Positions 27,229 through 37,231 of a DNA stretch of 64,000 nt are shown here, piece after piece. A program made the translations under genes and the position numbers. The stretch is from positions 3,108 to 67,107 of the forward strand of contig JBDLRS010000092.1 in assembly GCA_039799965.1 (NCBI GenBank), written 5' to 3'. The stretch is from Pseudomonadota bacterium. GTDB taxonomy: Bacteria > Bdellovibrionota_C > UBA2361 > OMII01. Each line of letters opens with the position of its first letter. Position 1 is the first letter of the stretch. The notes beneath the pieces were generated by a model that did not search any database, was not told the origin of the DNA, and was given only the letters and a program-made list of their open reading frames with translations.

Positions 27229-29386
27229 GCAGGGCGGATTCATGGCGGTGATGTTCCTTATTCTGTTGGGGCTGTTCCTGACCTTCGCCGCCTTTGCCCT
27301 CGATCTTGGAAACTACTACCTGTGGCGGCTCCGCCTCGACAAAGCCGCTCGGGCAGGAGCATCCGCCGGACTTGGATTTCGAGGAATACAGGGGTGGACC
27401 TATTCGAACACAAACGTCGCTGCCGTCGAGAACGCGGCAAGGCTTGCGGTTCAAGACAATCTCCGGGCGTACGGCTTCGATGTAGCGGACGGTCAAATTC
27501 CTGTGACGTACGATCCCGTGTCGGACTCCATTTCCGTAGAGGTCCGCCATCGGCCTTCGACCATCCTCATCGGCAAACTCGACAATATCATCAACTTTGG
27601 ATTTAACTCGCCAAAGAACGCCGTGGGTAATTCCACGCCGATAAGCGCGACCCTCAACCTTACCCGAACACATGTAGCGAATCTAAATAGAGCGAACGTG
27701 GTGCTGATTATTGACGTGTCGGGCTCTATGTTGTGCCCCATCCCTGCGGAAGATCCAAGTCTCTCCCTTGGTAACCCACCATGCTCATGCAGACGATCAA
27801 ATAGCTGTGGCACTGCCACCACCAAACTCGATCGACTCGTCCAGGGAGTTCAAAGGTTCGCCCAGCACTTTAATCCGACCAGAGATCGGGTCGCGGTGAT
27901 ACCTTTTAACTTAGCTGCGGTGCGACTCTACTCGTTTACGGGTGGCGATTCATTCCGAACAACAAGAAATCGCGTCGCGATTCCAAACGCAAGTGGAGTC
28001 GGCAACTTCCTGAATGCCAACTCGACCACTGCTGAAAATTTCCTCACAAACGCCGCCACACTCGGGACAGCCCTGAGAAACATGGCCGGAAGCAACACTA
28101 ACCACTGCGATGCTCTTGCGGAGGGGATTTTAGAGCTGGAGGGATTGAGCGCCGTCGATCTCCTCACGGAGAATTCCGCAAATCCCGAAACCGACCGCAG
28201 GAATCTCGAACCCTTCGTCGTGCTCTTTACCGATGGAGCGCCGAACGCGATGCGTGGTATCTTCAACCCCACCGTTCTTCCGCCCGGACAGTGTGATACC
28301 TACAACGGCGCCACAAGAAGTCCCACCGGCAACTGCACGACTAGGGACTTTTATCATTACGCCCTTGAGTGGGTAGTGACGGAGAGCGGAGTCACCAAAC
28401 AATACCGCGGACCCGGCCCGTTTGTGGAGAGGGAGCTGGTAGGCGATATCCCAACTATTTTTAATTTCCCTATCGCGGCCAATCTCGTAGCGCCGATCGG
28501 AAGCAAAACCTGCGGCGTCGAAGCGGTGGATGGTAATCCTCTGATCTTTGAACAGACGATTACAAGGACGACGACCGGTGGCCCAGGTGGACGAGGTCAC
28601 ATTACAAATGGATGCTTTTCACCCGGTACCACTACGTTTGAGTTCGCAATTCCAAATACCAACCCTGATTCATCGGGTAATTTAACGAGTAACACCTACC
28701 GTGCGTCGGTGCGTGGAGTCCCTATCAGCACCGCTGACACCACTTGGAGGGACCCGAATTGGCCGTCAATTCTTCCCGCTCCACCGCCACGGGGCTACGG
28801 GCTTCAAAAATACGATGAACTTCCCTATTACTGCGCTATTGAGGCGGCGGACTACATCCGAACCCGATTCGGTGGCACAATATTCACCGTTGGACTTGGA
28901 GACGCGAATACACACCGTACGGGAGGAGGCCAAGACACGACGTGCAACGATCCCCTGCAAGACCCTGACGACCATACCTCGCGAAAGGATTTCTTTTTGG
29001 CGAGGTTAGCGTTCGCCCGTTCTATGTTTACCAATCAGCTTCAACCGAATACGGTGCGCTCCCACTACCGGATTGCGGGAGATCAGTCGAATCGCTCAAT
29101 CTCACAATGCTCTGACCACAGACTTAAGGCAGCGGACAGCAGCGGGAACCTTCCCCCTACGGTGCGGGTCGGCTATACCTCTGCCGATGGATTGGGCGAC
29201 GGATCCACAACCTACCTGGACCTCCGTCCTCGGCGCCCCGTTTCGATGGATACGCTCATCACCAACAACGAAGGGACACGTCGTATTGAAACGCAGGGGG
29301 AGTATTTCCCAACCGATAACGCGAATGAGATCCCACGAATCTTCGACCTTATCGCCAAGACGATCCTCCTTAGATCCGCGTCGTGA
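27197..29386 (+). CDS. TadG-like tip protein with vWA domain
   Basis: QGGF...FALDLG..L.KAA.AGA Tad N-terminus; MIDAS IIDVSGSM, TN, LFTDGAPN, IFTVGLG. Confidence 0.85.
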   Translation: MVHNERQPSSKQGGFMAVMFLILLGLFLTFAAFALDLGNYYLWRLRLDKAARAGASAGLGFRGIQGWTYSNTNVAAVENAARLAVQDNLRAYGFDVADGQIPVTYDPVSDSISVEVRHRPSTILIGKLDNIINFGFNSPKNAVGNSTPISATLNLTRTHVANLNRANVVLIIDVSGSMLCPIPAEDPSLSLGNPPCSCRRSNSCGTATTKLDRLVQGVQRFAQHFNPTRDRVAVIPFNLAAVRLYSFTGGDSFRTTRNRVAIPNASGVGNFLNANSTTAENFLTNAATLGTALRNMAGSNTNHCDALAEGILELEGLSAVDLLTENSANPETDRRNLEPFVVLFTDGAPNAMRGIFNPTVLPPGQCDTYNGATRSPTGNCTTRDFYHYALEWVVTESGVTKQYRGPGPFVERELVGDIPTIFNFPIAANLVAPIGSKTCGVEAVDGNPLIFEQTITRTTTGGPGGRGHITNGCFSPGTTTFEFAIPNTNPDSSGNLTSNTYRASVRGVPISTADTTWRDPNWPSILPAPPPRGYGLQKYDELPYYCAIEAADYIRTRFGGTIFTVGLGDANTHRTGGGQDTTCNDPLQDPDDHTSRKDFFLARLAFARSMFTNQLQPNTVRSHYRIAGDQSNRSISQCSDHRLKAADSSGNLPPTVRVGYTSADGLGDGSTTYLDLRPRRPVSMDTLITNNEGTRRIETQGEYFPTDNANEIPRIFDLIAKTILLRSAS

Positions 29387-29401
29387 CGACGGAGGAGCCT
29401 G

Positions 29402-30457
29402 CTAGTCTCTGAGGTAGTGGCAGGTATACCCGTTTGGGTTCCGCTGCAAGAAATCCTGATGGTACTCCTCGGCACGATACCACTCACTCGCTGCCGTCAC
29501 CTCCGTCACAAGGGGTGCCTTCCACTTTCCGGAAGCCTCGACCTCCTTCCGAACCTCCTCAGCAACCCCCCTCTGCTCGGGCGTGGTGTAGAATATAGCG
29601 GAACGGTACTGGGTTCCTCGATCGTTTCCTTGACGGTTGAGGGTTGTCGGATCGTGAAGCCTAAAGAAGTACCGCAAGAGATCAGCGTACGAGAGCTTGC
29701 GGGGATCAAAGACGACCTTCACACCCTCCGCGTGCCCGGTGCGCCCTGTGGTCATCATCTCGTAGGTTGGACTCGGAATGGTTCCTCCGGTATAGCCAAC
29801 CTCTGTCGACATCACTCCCGGGAGCTGACGGATGAGCTCCTCAACCCCCCAGAAGCATCCACCCGCGAGAATAGCGGTCTCCTCAGTCGCGACCACTCCC
29901 TTCTCACCGGATGGGGTTGCCTTTGAATCATTAAATAACGGGAGAAACTCTCCGTACCCTTTCGCCTCGAGCTGATCAACGGGGATAAACCTCAGAGACG
30001 CGGAGTTAATGCAGTATCGTAACTCTTCGGGCCCTGGACCGTCCGGGAACACGTGACCGAGGTGGGAGTCGGCTCCCTTTGAACGCACCTCCACACGTCT
30101 CATGCCGTGCGAGAGATCGCTCTTCTCTGTGATAGTGCCGCCCTTGATAGGTTTGGTGAAGCTCGGCCACCCCGTTCCTGAATCGAACTTGTCCTTGGAA
30201 CTGAAGAGCGCTTCGCCGGATACAACATCCACATAGATACCCTGCGCGTGATTATCCCAGTACTCGTTCTGAAACGGAGGCTCGGTACCACACTGTTGGG
30301 TCACCTTGTACTGCATCGGGCTTAATTTGTTCTTACGATCATCTTTCATAGCTTTGGTATCCTCGGCCCTACTTATTCCGATCGATAGTAGCACGGAAAC
30401 CACGGCGCCTATCACCTGAACATACCGCACCAGAGATTGGTAGGATGTAGTGCTCAT
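29402..30457 (-). CDS. msrAB: Exported bifunctional methionine sulfoxide reductase MsrB-MsrA
   Basis: Signal peptide; [17 protein letters not shown] and RYCINSA (MsrB); GGCFWG, GHAE and AEEYHQD (MsrA). Confidence 0.95.
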   Translation of the reverse strand: MSTTSYQSLVRYVQVIGAVVSVLLSIGISRAEDTKAMKDDRKNKLSPMQYKVTQQCGTEPPFQNEYWDNHAQGIYVDVVSGEALFSSKDKFDSGTGWPSFTKPIKGGTITEKSDLSHGMRRVEVRSKGADSHLGHVFPDGPGPEELRYCINSASLRFIPVDQLEAKGYGEFLPLFNDSKATPSGEKGVVATEETAILAGGCFWGVEELIRQLPGVMSTEVGYTGGTIPSPTYEMMTTGRTGHAEGVKVVFDPRKLSYADLLRYFFRLHDPTTLNRQGNDRGTQYRSAIFYTTPEQRGVAEEVRKEVEASGKWKAPLVTEVTAASEWYRAEEYHQDFLQRNPNGYTCHYLRD

Positions 30458-30533
30458 AAACGGTCCTCCTGCGTTTGATTGCCGGCCCTCAGACGTCTGA
30501 GGGAGCACGTATGTTCAGGTTGTAGGAAGCCTT

Positions 30534-31802
30534 CTACCCCTTTGGCACGATAATCAGCGGAGCTGATTCACTTTCTCCATGTACTCGATGCTCGACAAGC
30601 TTAGTCAGTTCATGAGCTATCTTCTGACTAATGACACGCGAGAGATGCGCGACAGCTCCCTCATCAATCCCCGATTGGCTTGCGAGAATTCGATTCACCT
30701 CGGTGGCGCAGATCTCATGCACGGCAGCCCGAAGGTCCACTATCTCCGGCTGGGCTACCCGTTTAAGCCTCCACCGCTCGAACTGGGCGAGCCCGTACTC
30801 AATAATCAGTTCAGCGTCCTGAGCGGCAGCCTCTCGCAGCGCTCGATTCTCATCGGCGATACCGGCGAGATCATCGATATTATAGAGGTAGACGCTATCT
30901 ATTTCGGCCAGGTCCGAGGCGAAGTTACGGGGCACACCGAGATCGATCAGGAAGAGCGGACGATCACCCTTCCGCGCACGCAGGATGGCGCGACTCAAGA
31001 CCGGCTTGTCGATTGAGATAGAGCCGATCACGATATCAGCCTGGTCCAACACTCGATCCACGTCAGAGAGCGACACCGCGCTTCCACCGAATCGCTCGGC
31101 AAGCTCCGCCGCTTTCTCAACGGTTCGATTAGCGACGATAATCCGTCGACATCCACGTGAGCAGAGGTGCAACGCCGCAAGCTCCGCCATCTCACCACTG
31201 CCGATGATAAGAACAGTTGTATTCTGTAAGTCAGAGAAGATCTGTTCAGCGAGCCGCACCGCCACATAGCTTACGGAGACACCGTGTTGCGAAACATCGG
31301 TATGCGCACGAACTTTTTTAGCCACGTTAAAGGCGCTCTGAAAGATGTGGTGCAGATGAGATCCGACACTTCCCACCTCTATCGCCCGGTGGTACGCCTT
31401 TTTCACTTGGCCCAGTATCTGCGCTTCGCCAAGGATCATGGAGTCTAAACTCGACGATACGCGATAGAGGTGACGAATAGCTGAATCATCGAGGTATTGA
31501 TAGAGCACATCGTTCGGATCTGTCGAGGAACCGAGAAGCGCCTCAAAGAACTGTCGAATCCCTCCCCCTTCTCCGCCCACCGAGACGATCTCAAAACGAT
31601 TACAGGTCGAGATGACAGCGGCCTCGGTCGCGAGCCCCTCGCGAACCACTCGCTCCGCCAAGAGTTCAGGCACAGGAATCGCTCGGGCGAGACGTTCACG
31701 GCCATCGACGTTCAAGGTCTTATAGCTTACTCCGGTGAGAACAACCCGAGGCTCGTACGCCTCACCCGTTTGCTGTAAGAATGCGAGAGCGTTTGCTGCC
31801 AT
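30534..31802 (-). CDS. hemA: Glutamyl-tRNA reductase
   Basis: STCNR.E, SLDSMILGE.QILGQVK, IGSGEM, ANRT, IDLGVPRN. Confidence 0.95.
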   Translation of the reverse strand: MAANALAFLQQTGEAYEPRVVLTGVSYKTLNVDGRERLARAIPVPELLAERVVREGLATEAAVISTCNRFEIVSVGGEGGGIRQFFEALLGSSTDPNDVLYQYLDDSAIRHLYRVSSSLDSMILGEAQILGQVKKAYHRAIEVGSVGSHLHHIFQSAFNVAKKVRAHTDVSQHGVSVSYVAVRLAEQIFSDLQNTTVLIIGSGEMAELAALHLCSRGCRRIIVANRTVEKAAELAERFGGSAVSLSDVDRVLDQADIVIGSISIDKPVLSRAILRARKGDRPLFLIDLGVPRNFASDLAEIDSVYLYNIDDLAGIADENRALREAAAQDAELIIEYGLAQFERWRLKRVAQPEIVDLRAAVHEICATEVNRILASQSGIDEGAVAHLSRVISQKIAHELTKLVEHRVHGESESAPLIIVPKG

Positions 31803-31803
31803 G

Positions 31804-32658
31804 CTACGACCATAGCTCCGCATGCGTAACCTGCCCAGCCAACGCCAGCACCAGGAATACGGTGATGAAGTACGAGGCGGTCACAAAAACTGTTAAACGG
31901 GAGACCTGCTTTGGTGACCATCGCAGAACGAGCCGCACGTGTAAGATGCACGCCAGAAGAACCCAGAGGATGAGACCGGAGATCACCGAGGTATCCGGGG
32001 AAAAGATCGGCTTACGCTCACTCACGGCCCACAAGCCCCCACTCAACACGACGAAGGATATCGCGAAAAACCCAGCCTGGGTGAGCTGCCGGTTAAGCTT
32101 ATCAAGAAGCTGCAAGTTAGGCCCGGAGATAGCGAGAACTCCCGTCTTTCGTTGCTTAAGGCGCCGCTCGACTATCAGGAACACGACACTCACAACCAGC
32201 GCGAGCGCGAGCGTCACTACAGCAACTAACGCCGGGATGGCGTGAAGTAAGGAGAGAAAGATCCCTGCCCGTTCCCCCTGTGCGGCGGCCTCCGCGAGGA
32301 CCGAGGAGCTATCTTTATGGAGCAGGTACGAGGAGCACCCCATAAAGAGCACGATCGCGGGCACAACGAACGCTCCTACGATCGGATAATCGAGCCTCCG
32401 CTGAAGGAACGCGAAGACAAGAGCTAACACCCACGACACCCACAGGAAGTAGTCGGCACCGTTATCTAACAACATCAGATCCTGATCCTGTGTAACGTAT
32501 CCCATTGTGGCGGTGTGCGCCAAAAGCGCTCCAAAAAAGAATACTCGCGCCGCCTTACTCAATCGGCCACCGATCTTCGAGCGCCACAACTGTGCGAGCA
32601 TCAGAACGCTGGACACAATGTAAAGGACGATGGCGATGATGGCGAGAAGGTGGGTCAT
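31804..32658 (-). CDS. Cytochrome c assembly protein family (CcsA/HemX-like) membrane protein
   Basis: Multiple TM helices, conserved His, ERRLK..K...P.L..LD; directly upstream of hemA. Confidence 0.75.
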   Translation of the reverse strand: MTHLLAIIAIVLYIVSSVLMLAQLWRSKIGGRLSKAARVFFFGALLAHTATMGYVTQDQDLMLLDNGADYFLWVSWVLALVFAFLQRRLDYPIVGAFVVPAIVLFMGCSSYLLHKDSSSVLAEAAAQGERAGIFLSLLHAIPALVAVVTLALALVVSVVFLIVERRLKQRKTGVLAISGPNLQLLDKLNRQLTQAGFFAISFVVLSGGLWAVSERKPIFSPDTSVISGLILWVLLACILHVRLVLRWSPKQVSRLTVFVTASYFITVFLVLALAGQVTHAELWS

Positions 32659-33692
32659 CTACGGTATTCCTTCACAAGTTCGATCAAACGCTGAACGTTC
32701 TCAACCGGCGTGTACTGCAATACGCCGTGTCCGAGGTTGAAGATGTGTGCCGGTATGGTAGCGGCCTCATCCAGGATCTCCCGAGCGGATCGATCGATGT
32801 ACTCCCACGACGCCGAGAGAAGCTGCGGATCGAGGTTGCCCTGAAGAGGTACCGGACGACCGATAAGCTTCGCCGCATCCGGTAAGGAGATCCTCCAATC
32901 AACGCCGAACGCGTCAGCGGGGAGCTTGCCGAGTCGTGGGAAGAGCGAGCTTACGCTCGTTGCGAAGAAAACTACCGGCACATTCACCCGAGCCTTAACC
33001 TGCTCGATGATCTTCACGAGGTACGGCTCAACAAAGTGGTCGTACTCTCGTGGACCAACGTAGCCGAGCCAAGAGTCAAAGATTTGCAACGACTCACATC
33101 CTGCATCAACCTGCGCGACGAGGTACTCAACGCACAGCGTGACCAGCTTCTCTTGAAGCTCGTGCCACGCCTCGGGGTTAGAAACCATGAGACCCTTGGT
33201 GTGACGGAGATCGGATTCTCCGGGGCTTTGTCCCTCTATCACGTACGAGGAGAGGGTAAATGGCGCCCCCGAGAACCCGATCAGTGGGATCTTGCCGTTA
33301 AGCTCCTTCACCACGAGCTTAATGGCGTCGAGCGTGTACTGCACGTTCTCTTGCGGCTTTGGGACTCGGAGTCGAGTCACATCGGCGACGGAGCGAATCG
33401 GGTTGTCGATGACCGGCCCCTCACCTTTCTTGAACTCAAGGTTTACCCCCATGCCGATGAGTGGCGTGAGGATGTCGGCGAAGATAATCCCCGCATCGAG
33501 CGGAAAACGACGAAGGGGCTGGAGCGTTACCTCACACGCGAGCTCCGGTGTCTGCACCATCTGAAGCATCGAGTTATGCTCACGAAGCGCACGATACTCA
33601 GGGAGATATCGTCCAGCTTGTCGCATGAGCCACACCGGCGTCTCAGCCGATCGTTTTCCTTTGAGGGTATCGATAAAAAGTGACACTACCAA
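32655..33692 (-). CDS. hemE: Uroporphyrinogen decarboxylase
   Basis: PVWLMRQAGRYLPEY, IFADIL, GFSGAPFT, QGNLDP, NLGHG. Confidence 0.97.
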   Translation of the reverse strand: MVVSLFIDTLKGKRSAETPVWLMRQAGRYLPEYRALREHNSMLQMVQTPELACEVTLQPLRRFPLDAGIIFADILTPLIGMGVNLEFKKGEGPVIDNPIRSVADVTRLRVPKPQENVQYTLDAIKLVVKELNGKIPLIGFSGAPFTLSSYVIEGQSPGESDLRHTKGLMVSNPEAWHELQEKLVTLCVEYLVAQVDAGCESLQIFDSWLGYVGPREYDHFVEPYLVKIIEQVKARVNVPVVFFATSVSSLFPRLGKLPADAFGVDWRISLPDAAKLIGRPVPLQGNLDPQLLSASWEYIDRSAREILDEAATIPAHIFNLGHGVLQYTPVENVQRLIELVKEYRR

Positions 33693-33698
33693 CCTCCC

Positions 33699-34979
33699 TT
33701 ACCGCGTAGGCGCGATGACTTCCTGTCCACCCATGTACGGACGGAGCGCCTTCGGAATCGTGATCGTACCATCTGCGTTCTGATGATTCTCAAGAAGCGG
33801 AATCAAGATGCGGGGCGAGGCGATCAAGGTGTTATTGAGCGTGTAGCAGAATACGTTCTTGCCGTTGGAATCCTTGTATCGAGTATTCAAGCGACGAGCC
33901 TGGAAATCGTAGAACGACGAACAGCTATGCGTTTCGCCGTACGCCTTACGCGAAGGCATCCACGCCTCGATATCGTGCTTGAACACCTGACCCTGCCCCA
34001 TATCGCCTGTACACACGTACACGATACGGTATGGAAGCTCGAGAAGTTGCATCACCTTTTCAGCGTTGCCGAGAAGCTCCATGTGCAGCTTCATGCTCTC
34101 CTCCGGATCGGCCTTACAGATGGCGACCTGCTCAACCTTGTAGAACTGGTGAACACGGTAGAGTCCATTGGTGTCCTTTCCGTATGCGCCAGCCTCACGA
34201 CGGTAGCACGGTGAGTATCCGGCGTAGCGCTTAGGAAGCTCATCCGCGGAGAGGATCTCCTCAGCATGAAAGGACGCAACAGGAACCTCAGATGTTCCGA
34301 TCAGGTAAAATCCATCATCGCGCTGATCGAGGTGGTACGCAGAATCCTCGCCACCTGGAAAGTAACTTGTTCCCATCATCGCGTTCCAATTCACGATGTG
34401 AGGTGGATCCATGAGGGTGTAGCCACCTTTATGAAGCACATCCATTGCGAGACTCATCATCGCGTGCTGAAGCCGCATACCATCCCCTTTCAGGAAGTAG
34501 CTACGCGTCCCCGCGATCTTCACACCACGCTCGATATCGAAGAGGTCGAGATCATTTCCGAGTTGCACGTGGTCTTTGAGTTCGAATCCAGGAGTCGGAA
34601 CCTCACCCCAGGAACGCCACGGAACGTTTTCGGAATCGTCTTTACCAACTGGAACCTCTTTGAGAGGGATCGAAGGGATGTAGAGCTGCTGCTTAGTCCA
34701 CTGCTCCTCAAGCTCCTTGAGCGCGTTGCCACCCTCTTTAAGCTTTTCAGCGAGGGTCTTCATCTCAGCGAGCTTTGAGCTCTTCTCGTCACCAGAGAGC
34801 TTTGGGATCTCCTTGCTCACCGCGTTCTGCGCGGCGCGCATCGACTCGACCTCAGCGCGAACGCGACGATATTGTGCATCGAGTTCGAGGAACGCCTTAA
34901 CGTCAAACTTAACGCGCTTTTTCTCGCACGCTTCTTGGTACGCTTCTGGGCGCTCGCGCAGGTCGTGAAGATCTATCAT
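33699..34979 (-). CDS. serS: Serine-tRNA ligase
   Basis: N-terminal coiled coil, GTSEV, YRREAG, GLYRVHQF.KVE, E..SCS, TLN.T. Confidence 0.97.
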   Translation of the reverse strand: MIDLHDLRERPEAYQEACEKKRVKFDVKAFLELDAQYRRVRAEVESMRAAQNAVSKEIPKLSGDEKSSKLAEMKTLAEKLKEGGNALKELEEQWTKQQLYIPSIPLKEVPVGKDDSENVPWRSWGEVPTPGFELKDHVQLGNDLDLFDIERGVKIAGTRSYFLKGDGMRLQHAMMSLAMDVLHKGGYTLMDPPHIVNWNAMMGTSYFPGGEDSAYHLDQRDDGFYLIGTSEVPVASFHAEEILSADELPKRYAGYSPCYRREAGAYGKDTNGLYRVHQFYKVEQVAICKADPEESMKLHMELLGNAEKVMQLLELPYRIVYVCTGDMGQGQVFKHDIEAWMPSRKAYGETHSCSSFYDFQARRLNTRYKDSNGKNVFCYTLNNTLIASPRILIPLLENHQNADGTITIPKALRPYMGGQEVIAPTR

Positions 34980-35194
34980 GGAAGTACTCCGATTAGCTGA
35001 TTCTAAAGCTTCTCAAAACTAGCTAAATCCTTGAAATTTTTCAAGTAGTCGGAATTCTGTAAGGGGCTGAAAGGAGGGAGATTTTGAGCGCGATACGTTG
35101 CGTACTCACCCTGACCGCCTGTGTCCTCACAGGCCCGTAATGCACAAGTCTTGCAAAGCCGGTTCCGGCCCGTCCGGAGATGGGACCTTTCGGA

Positions 35195-35965
35195 TTACAT
35201 CTCGCGTCCCATCAAACACGCCACGATCCCATCCTCCGTATGCTCCTTCGCCTCCGCAAAAACTTTCAGCCCGGCATCACGAACCGCTTTCGATGTAACG
35301 GGACCTATAGAAACAACACGAAGACACCTCAAATGTTCCGGATCGGGAAATGTCTCTACCGTCGCGCGCACCGCCGATGGACTCATAAACACAACGCATG
35401 AATCATCCGGTCGTAGCGCCTTCACCGTGGCGATCGCCTCTTCGCGAGGGGGCACCGTGACCAAACCGTAGGTCGACACCGTCATTACCTCAACCCCGCT
35501 CTGTTGCATTATAGGCGCAAAGACATCCCGACCATCTGCTGACTGCGGCACAAGAACACGCCCCTTTCCACCCAGGCGACGCGCAAGCTGCTCAGCGAAC
35601 ACCTCAGCCATCGCTATCGGCGATTCAAGGTCGACCTCGCGACGAAAGATCTCACGCGCCGCTTTACTCGTTCCTGGCCCCTGCGCGGCAAGCCGCGATG
35701 TAGAGACCAGCAGATCGATACCCAGGCGAGCGCACTGGTCTCGAAACACAAACACCGCGATTGGACTAAGGAACGCGAGCCAGCACTCGTGTGATTGAAG
35801 CAAGGAGCGAATAGCTACTCCCTCCTCTTCTCGGATCTCCCGCGCCTCAACGGAGAGAGCGCAGAGTTGAACCACCGAGAAGCCTTCGGCCTCAAGGCGC
35901 CGCGCAAGCCCATCATCCCCCGCGTACGGACCCTTCGGTCGGGTGAGGATAACCGTATTGGCCAT
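35195..35965 (-). CDS. hemD: Uroporphyrinogen-III synthase
   Basis: ILTRP, FLS..AV, GPGT, FMSPSAV, IGPVT..A; follows hemC. Confidence 0.9.
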   Translation of the reverse strand: MANTVILTRPKGPYAGDDGLARRLEAEGFSVVQLCALSVEAREIREEEGVAIRSLLQSHECWLAFLSPIAVFVFRDQCARLGIDLLVSTSRLAAQGPGTSKAAREIFRREVDLESPIAMAEVFAEQLARRLGGKGRVLVPQSADGRDVFAPIMQQSGVEVMTVSTYGLVTVPPREEAIATVKALRPDDSCVVFMSPSAVRATVETFPDPEHLRCLRVVSIGPVTSKAVRDAGLKVFAEAKEHTEDGIVACLMGREM

Positions 35966-35973
35966 ATTTTTCC

Positions 35974-36918
35974 TTAGGCAAACGCCGCCGCTATCTCGGA
36001 GAACCCCTGGCGCGCAACCTCATCCGCCATCCTCTCGCCCAATCCGAGAGCGTCATGCATCGGTGCTTCCCCACTCACCTCGATAACCTTGGTGCCATCG
36101 GGAGAGAGACACCGTCCTTCAAATGAAACTCTCTTCGCTGTTCCCTCGCCCGAAACCTTGGCTCGAGCCGCGACAGGCGTATTGCATCCCGCACCAAGGC
36201 GTTGCAGGAAGATCCGCTCGGCGGACACCTCCGCGGCGGTATCCACGTCATGAAGCTTTTGTAACATCCCAAGAAGCTCGGTGTCGTCGGATCGGCACTC
36301 AATCCCGAGCGCCCCCTGACCAGGGGCCGGAAGCATCTCCTCATCACGAAGTATCTGCGTCACTTCTCCCTCAAGTCCAAGACGCGAGAGCCCCGCGCGC
36401 GCCAATATGATCGCGTCGTACTCGCCATCTTCCGCTCGCAGTTTTTTGATGCGCGTATCGACGTTCCCTCGAATGATCCGGATTTTGATACCGGGACGTA
36501 TGCGAAGGATCTGAGATGCGCGTCGCACACTTGAGGTACCAACGCACGCCCCGTCGGGCAACTCCGCAAGAGAGCATCCGGAGCGAGATACCACCACATC
36601 CTCTACGTAGCTTCGTGTGGGGATCGCTCCTATGACGAATTGTGGGTCGAGTTGGGTCGGGAGATCTTTCAACGAGTGCACGGCGAGATCTATCTCTCGC
36701 GTCACTAAACACTCCTCCAGCTCGGCTGTGAAGAGTCCTTTTCCCCCGATGAGAGGGATCGGAACGGAGCTGTTTTGATTCTTATCACCGGTCGTTATGA
36801 CGTGTTTAAGCTCGACGCTCAAACCCGAGAAGGCGGATTCAAGTCGCGCCTTGATGAACTCACTTTGCCACAACGCGAGGGCACTCTTTCTGGTACCGAT
36901 GACCAACCGATTTCGCAT
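35974..36918 (-). CDS. hemC: Hydroxymethylbilane synthase
   Basis: GTRKSALALWQ, GGKGLFT, VHSLKD, GTSS.RR, RGNVDTR, PAPGQGAL, GAGC..P. Confidence 0.97.
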   Translation of the reverse strand: MRNRLVIGTRKSALALWQSEFIKARLESAFSGLSVELKHVITTGDKNQNSSVPIPLIGGKGLFTAELEECLVTREIDLAVHSLKDLPTQLDPQFVIGAIPTRSYVEDVVVSRSGCSLAELPDGACVGTSSVRRASQILRIRPGIKIRIIRGNVDTRIKKLRAEDGEYDAIILARAGLSRLGLEGEVTQILRDEEMLPAPGQGALGIECRSDDTELLGMLQKLHDVDTAAEVSAERIFLQRLGAGCNTPVAARAKVSGEGTAKRVSFEGRCLSPDGTKVIEVSGEAPMHDALGLGERMADEVARQGFSEIAAAFA

Positions 36919-37231
36919 ACGAACCTAACACATAGAGACCTGTGCAGGAGTATCAAACGGGGGGTAAAAAGGCTACAGGGCTACTCTTGTCTCATCTGCA
37001 GGGGTGGATCACCGGCCCCATTCTGGAACCGTTTCTTGAAAGGAGCACGAGGGGGGCGTCTCTGGCAGGGTGGTCCAGAGAACGCTCCCCTCGGCGAATC
37101 CAACACCTTCAACAAACCGTAATACCTTCAGATTCTTACATGCTCATCCATCGTTTTTCTCCTCACTACACCATACGAAAAACCTAGACCCATAGTGCTT
37201 AAAAAGATGTGTACTTTCGCTCCCTTCTGTC

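Noticed and set aside
33699-34979. serS lying between hemD and hemE
   Set aside because: No functional link evident (heme synthesis uses Glu-tRNA); likely ordinary rearrangement.
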